Shown piece after piece: positions 57,182 through 64,000 of a DNA stretch of 64,000 nucleotides. A program made the translations under genes and the position numbers. The stretch covers positions 1 through 64,000 of IMG/VR virus record IMGVR_UViG_3300033072_000683. One strand, 5' to 3'. Numbering within the stretch: the stretch's first letter is position 1; each line of letters begins with the position of its first letter. The notes under the pieces are model-generated. The model did not search any database, had not been told where the DNA came from, and worked only from the letters and a program-made list of their open reading frames with translations. The stretch comes from a virus. Taxonomy: Duplodnaviria > Caudoviricetes.

Positions 57182-58237
57182 ATGTCCAAACGATTCAAGA
57201 GGGCCATCCTCATTGGCCGATTCGAACCAGCCCACAACGGGCACCTCGCTAACTTCCTACAAGGCTTTGAGATTGCTGACGAAGTAATCATCCTTCTGGG
57301 TAGTTCTTTCCAACCTCGCACGCCCAAGAATCCTTTTACTTGGCAAGAACGAGATGAAATGATTGCCGATGCTATCACTGCGGCAGCACCTGGGAAGGTG
57401 TTTTCAATTCTTCCGATTCCTGACTTCAAGTACAGCAACAATGCCTGGATTGCTGAAGTTCAGCGAGTTGTTCGCGAGCATGAACCCGATATTGATGACA
57501 AGGATATTGCTATCCTTGGTTACGATAAGGATGATTCCAGTTGGTACAACCATGCTTTCCCTGAGTGGACTTTTGTTCCGCTGAAGGGCTTTGTCGAATT
57601 CGGTTCCAAGCCGATTGACGCTACCAAGGTGCGTGAACTGTTCTTTGAAGGTCACCTCGATTTCATGCGCAGTGCCGTTCCGGAGCCTGTCTTCAAGTAT
57701 ATGCAGAATTGGGCCAAGACCCCTGCATACCAACAAATGGTGGAAGAATATGTCTTCTACAAGGATTACCACAAGAAGTGGGATCCCGCTCCTTTTGTGC
57801 CTATCTTCCAGACTACTGACGCAGTGGTTATTCAAGGTGGTCACATTCTTCTTATCGAGCGAGGTCACTCGCCCGGTAAGGGACTTTGGGCACTGCCCGG
57901 TGGCTTCCTGAATCCTCGCGAGACTATCGAAGATTGCATGGTCCGCGAACTGTTGGAAGAAACCAAAATCAAGGTCCCCGAGATTGTCCTGCGTAAATCG
58001 ATTACCTATCACAAGGTCTTTGATCATCCGGATCGCGACCTGCGTGGTCGCACTATCACGCAGGCATATCTGGTTGAGCTGACCGGCGGTGACGGCAAGC
58101 TTCCAAAGGTGAAGGGAGCCGACGATGCCAAGAAAGCCGAATGGTTCAAACTTTCCGAAATTGATACCATGGGCGAGATGATCTACGCAGATCACCAACA
58201 CATTATCCAAACGCTGGTAGCCCGCGCAAGGAAGTGA
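57182..58237 (+). CDS. nadM: Bifunctional NMN adenylyltransferase / Nudix ADP-ribose pyrophosphatase (NadM-Nudix)
   Basis: IGRFEPAHNGH, KNPFT..ER, DATKVR; Nudix GGFLNPRETIEDCMVRELLEET, GADDA. Confidence 0.93.
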   Translation: MSKRFKRAILIGRFEPAHNGHLANFLQGFEIADEVIILLGSSFQPRTPKNPFTWQERDEMIADAITAAAPGKVFSILPIPDFKYSNNAWIAEVQRVVREHEPDIDDKDIAILGYDKDDSSWYNHAFPEWTFVPLKGFVEFGSKPIDATKVRELFFEGHLDFMRSAVPEPVFKYMQNWAKTPAYQQMVEEYVFYKDYHKKWDPAPFVPIFQTTDAVVIQGGHILLIERGHSPGKGLWALPGGFLNPRETIEDCMVRELLEETKIKVPEIVLRKSITYHKVFDHPDRDLRGRTITQAYLVELTGGDGKLPKVKGADDAKKAEWFKLSEIDTMGEMIYADHQHIIQTLVARARK

Positions 58238-58238
58238 T

Positions 58239-58475
58239 ATGTGGTATGTCGCGATTGAGCGTATCAATGGGAGATACAAGTTTGCCGAAATTGTCGACAA
58301 ACTGCAAATTCGCGGCTTCGAAGATAGAGTGGAATATTCCGAGGGCGGCTGGCAAGATTATATGTTGCATACAGTCTTGCCACACCTGAAGTTTGATTGC
58401 GAAGACGACGCCTTAGCATATGTTCTTGCATTTGGCGGAGAGGTTAGTAAAGAATTACCGATAAGGCTAACATAA
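58239..58475 (+). CDS. Hypothetical protein
   Basis: 78-aa ORF. Confidence 0.6.
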   Translation: MWYVAIERINGRYKFAEIVDKLQIRGFEDRVEYSEGGWQDYMLHTVLPHLKFDCEDDALAYVLAFGGEVSKELPIRLT

Positions 58476-58485
58476 GGAGTTTATT

Positions 58486-58812
58486 ATGCCTTGCAGAGAT
58501 TATATGGATGACAACAGACCCGACCCTCAGGTCGGTGTCTTGAAGGACCGTTGCAACAAGCTTTCGCGCATTGCGTGTAAGGCATTGGAACATATCGAGA
58601 AGTCCGGAGACGGACTTGAGATTCTGATCCTTCAGGATCCGGAAATTCAAGAATGGTGGACTGCTCATAAGGAAGCAGATCGCCAACAACGGGAAGAAGA
58701 AGCACGACGTCGAGCGGCTGCGGCTGAAAAACGTCGCCTGGCAAAAATTAAGGAAGAAACGCTTGCGACTTTGACCCCGGATCAGATTAAGGCGCTTGGT
58801 CTGAAGAAGTGA
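58486..58812 (+). CDS. Hypothetical protein (MPCRDY... coiled coil)
   Basis: TAAGGAG SD. Confidence 0.7.
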   Translation: MPCRDYMDDNRPDPQVGVLKDRCNKLSRIACKALEHIEKSGDGLEILILQDPEIQEWWTAHKEADRQQREEEARRRAAAAEKRRLAKIKEETLATLTPDQIKALGLKK

Positions 58813-59054
58813 TTTATTTCGTTTATTCGGACACAGTACAGAAACATGCAGGCTTTCCGGAAATTGGGTCAATCAACAAGAATTCCAAATTTGCTGATTT
58901 AAGATTCAAAGAGAAAGCAATGGCAGAATCTATATTCACTTTCGAAAACGGAAAGACAGTTTATATGAAGAACAGACATGATGCACTACCAAATGGATAT
59001 CAGTTTTCCGAAGAGGAAAGATTGGTAATTGTGCTGAAGGCTGTTCCTCTATAA
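58809..59054 (+). CDS. Hypothetical protein
   Basis: Coupled 81-aa ORF. Confidence 0.55.
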   Translation: MIYFVYSDTVQKHAGFPEIGSINKNSKFADLRFKEKAMAESIFTFENGKTVYMKNRHDALPNGYQFSEEERLVIVLKAVPL

Positions 59055-59104
59055 GAAAGTCCTAACAGGGAGTTAGGCATTTAACTGATAAGGAGTTTAT
59101 CATC

Positions 59105-60487
59105 ATGAAATTTGCAAAGAACATCATTCTCAACAGCGATAGTTACAAGTACAGCCAGTGGGTGCAATATCCTATGGGCACCGAATACGTTTACTCGTAC
59201 ATCGAGTCCCGCGGCGGCGAATACGACAAGCTGGTTTTTATCGGCCTCCAAGCTTTCCTTCGTGAGTACATGACCACACCGGTTACCAAAGCAATGGTTG
59301 ACCAGGCGGAAATGATTCTGAAGGCGCATGGTGAGCCGTTTAACCGCGAAGGTTGGGACTATATCGTGCGTGAGCACGGTGGCCGTCTCCCTGTCGAAAT
59401 CAAGTCCGTGGACGAGGGTTCGGTAATGCGTCTGAAGAACGTGCTTGTTTCGATTGTCAACACTGATCCGAAGTGCTACTGGCTGACCAGCTTCTTGGAA
59501 ACTGCCCTGCTTCGCGCAATCTGGTATCCTACCACTGTGTGCAGCAACAGCTACCATAGCAAGGAAATCATCCAAGAATTCCTGAACCGCAATGGCGATC
59601 CTTCGCTCATTGACTTCAAGTTGCATGATTTCGGTGCTCGCGGAGTGTCGAGCCTGGAAAGTGCTGCATTGGGTGGTATGGCACACCTGGTTAACTTCAT
59701 GGGCACCGACACTGTGTCGGGAATCATGGCTGCGATGGAATACTACGACGCACAAGTCTGTGGTTTCAGCATTCCTGCCATGGAGCACAGTACCGTTACC
59801 AGCTGGGGTCGTGAGAACGAAGTTGAAGCATATCGCAACATGCTGAAGCACTATGGTAAGCCTGGTGCCTTGCTTGCTTGCGTGAGCGACAGCTATGACA
59901 TCTACAAGGCTTGCGAGAAGTGGGGAACTGAGCTGAAGCAGGAAGTGATCGATAGTGGCGCGGTGGTTGTTGTCCGTCCGGACAGCGGCGATCCTGTTCA
60001 AGTCGTGAACGATTGCCTGCGAATCCTTGATAAGCACTACGGCCACACTGTGAATGCCAAGGGCTACAAGGTGCTGAACAACGTTCGCATCATCCAAGGT
60101 GACGGTATCAATCATCAAATGATTCGTGCCATCCTGACGGTGATGGATCTGAACGGCTACAGCGCCGACAACGTAGCTTTCGGTCAAGGCGGTGCGCTGC
60201 TCCAACAAATCAACCGCGACACACTTCAGTTCGCTATGAAGTGCTCGGCCGCCAAGATTGCTGGTAAGTGGGTGGAAGTGTATAAGGATCCTGTTACGTC
60301 TTCGATGAAGAAGAGCAAGAAGGGCCGTTTGATGCTCGTCACCGGACCGAATGGTGAATTTGTTACCAAGAACCTGGAATTTGGCACCGAAATCGATCTG
60401 CTGAAGACCCGCTTCATGGATGGCAAGCTCTACAACGAGACCACATTCGATCAGGTTCGTGCGTTGGCTAAGGAGACTGTTCGCTAA
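59105..60487 (+). CDS. nadV: Nicotinamide phosphoribosyltransferase (NAMPT/NadV)
   Basis: NSDSYKYSQ, KLHDFGARG, SIPAMEHS, CVSDSYD, VRPDSGDP, IIQGDG, FGQGG, KDPVT...KSKKG. Confidence 0.95.
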   Translation: MKFAKNIILNSDSYKYSQWVQYPMGTEYVYSYIESRGGEYDKLVFIGLQAFLREYMTTPVTKAMVDQAEMILKAHGEPFNREGWDYIVREHGGRLPVEIKSVDEGSVMRLKNVLVSIVNTDPKCYWLTSFLETALLRAIWYPTTVCSNSYHSKEIIQEFLNRNGDPSLIDFKLHDFGARGVSSLESAALGGMAHLVNFMGTDTVSGIMAAMEYYDAQVCGFSIPAMEHSTVTSWGRENEVEAYRNMLKHYGKPGALLACVSDSYDIYKACEKWGTELKQEVIDSGAVVVVRPDSGDPVQVVNDCLRILDKHYGHTVNAKGYKVLNNVRIIQGDGINHQMIRAILTVMDLNGYSADNVAFGQGGALLQQINRDTLQFAMKCSAAKIAGKWVEVYKDPVTSSMKKSKKGRLMLVTGPNGEFVTKNLEFGTEIDLLKTRFMDGKLYNETTFDQVRALAKETVR

Positions 60488-60513
60488 ATATCCCCGTGCA
60501 AACGGAGGATAAC

Positions 60514-61608
60514 ATGACAAAAGTAGCAGTATTAGGTGCAGGACAAATCGGCAGAGCAGTTTACAAAATTCTAACTACACTGCGCGAGGAGTCCGACACC
60601 TATGATTTGGAAGCTTTTGTTGTTGATTCCAGACGAGACAGCATCTCTGAACTGACATATGGGTCCCACTTTCTAGTGGACCTTATGGAAGTAGATGTAG
60701 CAGATTTGGTCAAACTATTGACCGAACAGAAGGTAACGCATGTCATAAATGCGTTACCTTTCTTTTTGAATGAAAAAGCGGCATCTGCAGCCGCTCAGGC
60801 AAATTGCCATTATATTGACTTCACTGAAGATGATAAGATGGCAGATCGTGTTCAAGAAATCTTTAAAGGCAAAGGTCTTCATTGTGCTGTAAAATGTGGA
60901 CTTGCACCGGGCTTTATCAACTATGTTGGATACAACCTAGTTGGCAAAATTGATACACCTGACTCACTATTGATTAGCGTAGGTGCATTGCCGAGAATGG
61001 TTTCTTATGGCGCAAATGAACCAGAGCATTCGTATAATCTAACCTGGAGTGTGGATGGACTTGTCAACGAGTACATTCGTCCTTGCAGAATTAGAAGAAG
61101 GGGTGTAGAAGAGGAAGTTGCCCCTCTAACGGGACAAGTTAAGGTTGTTCTAGACGGAACTGAGTATGAAGCAGCCTACACTTCAGGCGGTGTGGGAAGT
61201 CTCGTCCGTGACCTTAAGGATGTTCCTAATGTCTGCTATATGACATTGAGATATCCGGGCCATTACCGCTTTGTTAGGGGAGTGGTGCAGGATAAGCTAA
61301 ACGACTTTGAGAAGATTAAGAAAGTTTTCTTAAAGAAGTTCCCATTCACTGATGACGATGTTATTGTGGTGTATGCTGACGCCCAAGGTGTCAATAATGG
61401 TCAACTGACAAGGAGATCATACTACAATAAGTTCTACGGTGTAGATGGTTTGACTGGAATTCAGGCAACAACCGCCGGCTCGGGAGTGGCTATGTTGGAA
61501 TTAATGCTTACAGGAAAGGTAAACGGACTTGTAACACATTCTACAGTAAGCCTGGAAGAATTCTGTAATACAGAAGCCTTCAAACGATACTATAAGACCG
61601 GTAAGTGA
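60514..61608 (+). CDS. Saccharopine dehydrogenase / L-lysine 6-dehydrogenase family NAD(P)-dependent oxidoreductase
   Basis: VLGAGQIG, INALP, YIDFTED, CGLAPG, YNLTWSVDGLVNEY, TSGG, TLRYPGH; GGAGG SD; CTAAATA at 60484-60490. Confidence 0.85.
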   Translation: MTKVAVLGAGQIGRAVYKILTTLREESDTYDLEAFVVDSRRDSISELTYGSHFLVDLMEVDVADLVKLLTEQKVTHVINALPFFLNEKAASAAAQANCHYIDFTEDDKMADRVQEIFKGKGLHCAVKCGLAPGFINYVGYNLVGKIDTPDSLLISVGALPRMVSYGANEPEHSYNLTWSVDGLVNEYIRPCRIRRRGVEEEVAPLTGQVKVVLDGTEYEAAYTSGGVGSLVRDLKDVPNVCYMTLRYPGHYRFVRGVVQDKLNDFEKIKKVFLKKFPFTDDDVIVVYADAQGVNNGQLTRRSYYNKFYGVDGLTGIQATTAGSGVAMLELMLTGKVNGLVTHSTVSLEEFCNTEAFKRYYKTGK

Positions 61609-61632
61609 AAAGGGCCCTTCGGGGCCCTTTTC
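61607..61632. terminator. Bidirectional intrinsic terminator
   Basis: GAAAAGGGCCC-TTCG-GGGCCCTTTTC. Confidence 0.88.
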
Positions 61633-63403
61633 ATAGTCCTGCGTAAATCTTAAAGTGTCTTGGTGGCATACCATGCTTTCTAACATAGAAATCGAATGCC
61701 CACTTTACACCATGTGTATCGATGGTATCTTTGACTAGGTCACTGAGCCTTACGTCGCCCTTGCCCCAAGTCGATGACTTAGGAGCTTTTGCGTATTTTT
61801 GTGGATCTCCCTGCCAAGGACCCTGGTAAACTTCGTCGACTTCTCTATTGTGTGCAACAGTGAGTCCGGGCTTACCCATCTTAACCATATCGCCCTTACC
61901 CTGTACAACACCCTGGAAGATTAGAGGAAATGCTGCGGTATCATTGTCGATAGGTTCTTTTCCACCTAATAGATATCTTCCGTTAGGTTGTAAACCAAGT
62001 GAATTAGCTTCATTTGCAGATAGACCTACCATCGGTAATCCAGTTGTGGTAGCAGTCATCTTGTGCTTTTGATTTCTAATATGAGTTCTCTTGAATCCGT
62101 TTTGTGGTTCAGTAGAAACATAGATCATCGGGGTATTACCATTCTTATCAAACATGATATAGAGTGTTTCTCCACCCGGGGCAAATTCTCTTGCAAAATC
62201 AACGTTGAAGTCAATTGTTACGTTGGAACTAGCTTGTTGCTTGGTGCCACCGCCAGACTTAATCCATTCTTCTGCATCTGCTACAGCATCCTTGTCCGAC
62301 ATGGATTCGCCACGCTTAACTTCTTCGTGCTTCTTATTCAATACAAGCCAGGTTACCTTATCGCCTGGGTTTGATGCTGGACGGTAACGAATTGTCCAAC
62401 CGTGGAACGGAATATCCTTTACTGGCTTTTTCTTAGCAGCCTGGTCGTCTGCGTGTTGGCGCTGAAGTATGGATGAAAAATCATCTTCCTCGAGGAAGCC
62501 CGATAGTCTTTCCTCGTATGTAGCACCATGATGGCGTGTATTAATTTGACCGTATTTTGGTTTGTTTCCAGAACGATCGCCAGTTTTTGCATCAATCTTA
62601 TCGCCGGCCTGCTTAAATCCTACAACCGACTTAGCAAGTTTTCTTAATGGGCGAGTTTGTACAGCACCGGGCGATGTTACCGCTTTACGGTATTTTTGCA
62701 TTGTGTCGACACTCAATTCGTCGGTGCGTCTTGCTTCATTCCACATAGCCATAACTTCGTCAAGAACCTTTTCGTAGCTTACGTCCTGTGCTGGTGCAGA
62801 ACGATTAATTCCGCCCATACCGCCATCGGATAGTTTCTCAACAACAGTTACATTGTCTATTGGTGCTCTCATTAGACGACCATCTTCGGTTCTGAATAGA
62901 ACAGCAGTAAATCCATTATGTGGTTCAATCCTTTCAACCTTGCCAGTCATTTGCATCTTTTTGGTACGAACGGTATCGCCAATCTCCGGCATTTCACTAG
63001 CATCTTCGTCAAGGCTTGCATTCATGTCGGCATCGTATTGTCTCTTCATTTCGTCGTAATAATCATAGATATCCTTGAAGCCATTTTTCTGTGCAGCCTT
63101 ATCAAGAATTTCTCCAATTTTGTAGTCTGTGATTCCTTGCTTCTGCAACCATGGTCCTAGCCAATCGATAGGGTCTCCATCGGGGAAGATATTTGCGACA
63201 ACCTCCTCGACTTTTCTCCAGACTGTGTCTAAATCCAATGCTGGCTTCTTTGGTGCTGCAGGAGCAGGTGCCGGCTTCTGTGGCTTTGCATAGGATTGAG
63301 ACCATGCATCTCGGCCAGCAGTATCGGATGTCTTAAATCTCTTTTCAACTCCATCAAGGGATTTAGCAACCCAATTACCTTCTGAAATCTGATCTAGTTT
63401 CAT
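61631..63403 (-). CDS. Modular late protein (590 aa) with KOW/SH3-like segment
   Basis: GATAAATA on minus strand at 63428-63435; EIGDTVRTKK..TGKVERIE. Confidence 0.8.
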   Translation of the reverse strand: MKLDQISEGNWVAKSLDGVEKRFKTSDTAGRDAWSQSYAKPQKPAPAPAAPKKPALDLDTVWRKVEEVVANIFPDGDPIDWLGPWLQKQGITDYKIGEILDKAAQKNGFKDIYDYYDEMKRQYDADMNASLDEDASEMPEIGDTVRTKKMQMTGKVERIEPHNGFTAVLFRTEDGRLMRAPIDNVTVVEKLSDGGMGGINRSAPAQDVSYEKVLDEVMAMWNEARRTDELSVDTMQKYRKAVTSPGAVQTRPLRKLAKSVVGFKQAGDKIDAKTGDRSGNKPKYGQINTRHHGATYEERLSGFLEEDDFSSILQRQHADDQAAKKKPVKDIPFHGWTIRYRPASNPGDKVTWLVLNKKHEEVKRGESMSDKDAVADAEEWIKSGGGTKQQASSNVTIDFNVDFAREFAPGGETLYIMFDKNGNTPMIYVSTEPQNGFKRTHIRNQKHKMTATTTGLPMVGLSANEANSLGLQPNGRYLLGGKEPIDNDTAAFPLIFQGVVQGKGDMVKMGKPGLTVAHNREVDEVYQGPWQGDPQKYAKAPKSSTWGKGDVRLSDLVKDTIDTHGVKWAFDFYVRKHGMPPRHFKIYAGL

Positions 63404-63427
63404 TGTATGAATCCTTTTCGTTTATGC

Positions 63428-63435
63428 TATTTATC
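63428..63435 (-). promoter_or_regulatory. Late promoter GATAAATA
   Basis: tatttatc on + strand. Confidence 0.65.
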
Positions 63436-63441
63436 CAGAGT

Positions 63442-63470
63442 TTGACATTTGACTTCACTTTGTATATAAT
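63442..63470 (+). promoter_or_regulatory. Perfect-consensus sigma70 promoter
   Basis: TTGACA-N17-TATAAT; also CTAAATA at 63486-63492. Confidence 0.85.
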
Positions 63471-63539
63471 GAACAAACTATTGGGCTAAATACTTTCCTG
63501 TTGGAATTTCCAATAGATACAATTTAGGAGAAAGTTACG

Positions 63540-64000
63540 ATGATAACAGCAAAACTTCTCCTTGCGTATCTTCTACAGACAGTTAATATCACCGGTGTAG
63601 ACATAGACACCAGTAAGATCGATCTCGAACAGGCATACTGCCTAGCCAAGAACGTATATTACGAAGCAGGTGGAGAAGATATTCAAGGTCAATTTGCGGT
63701 TGCGTCAGTTACCCTAAATCGTGCTAATGATTCACGATTTCCTACTACAGTTTGTGATGTTGTCAAACAAACAACAATCTCGAATGTAAGTAAAAAGATT
63801 GTCTGTCAGTTCTCATGGTATTGCGAGGCAGATAAGAAGGGTAAGGATATTCCTGTTAGAAACAAGGATGGCAGTATTAACCAATCAGTGGTTGATAGAT
63901 TCCAGGTAGCAAGTATTGTTGCTATCACGGCCATGGCCGGAGAGGTTCCGGATGCTTCTGGCGGGGCAACCCACTTCCATAATCCTAGTGTTGTCAAACC
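63540..64000 (+). CDS. SleB-like cell wall hydrolase (Hydrolase_2), truncated at window end
   Basis: Read manually: CLAKNVYYEAGGE...AVASVTLNR...FPTTVCDVV...CQFSWYC...GATHFHNP; AGGAG SD. Confidence 0.9.
   Translation, partial: MITAKLLLAYLLQTVNITGVDIDTSKIDLEQAYCLAKNVYYEAGGEDIQGQFAVASVTLNRANDSRFPTTVCDVVKQTTISNVSKKIVCQFSWYCEADKKGKDIPVRNKDGSINQSVVDRFQVASIVAITAMAGEVPDASGGATHFHNPSVVK

Noticed and set aside
59081-60520. 479-aa minus-strand ORF, and similar ones at 57404-58300, 1644-2375, 2394-3011, 3897-4619
   Set aside because: Antisense shadows of strongly codon-biased genes (nadV, nadM, rIIA, rIIB); no motifs, SD or promoter

Overview
This window is a 64-kb segment of a large (probably jumbo) lytic T4-superfamily myophage, almost all on the + strand and in the standard genetic code. 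It carries two tRNAs (Arg-CCT and an atypical 8/4-fold Ser-CGA), rIIA/rIIB, and a morphogenesis block (neck, tail sheath, tail tube, head-completion nuclease, terminase). The replication/recombination block has SSB gp32, UvsX, UvsY, UvsW, a clamp-loader subunit, a 196-aa mini-DnaE, primase and helicase. It also contains a late operon with a ligase-fold protein and a Pol-beta nucleotidyltransferase, an array of paralogous virion proteins, class I RNR, an NAD+ salvage pair (NadM-Nudix + NAMPT), a saccharopine/lysine-dehydrogenase-like gene, nucleotide-sugar genes and a truncated SleB-like hydrolase. Transcription appears to use sigma70-type TTGACA-N17-TATAAT promoters plus a recurrent T4-like late motif GATAAATA. 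The most notable unexplained elements are the 8/4 tRNA-Ser, a ~190-nt multibranch structured RNA at 5172-5358, the ligase/NTase late operon, the mini-DnaE, an in-frame TAA splitting a lectin-like gene and an A10 slippage site. All assignments come from motif recognition by eye; no database searches were run.
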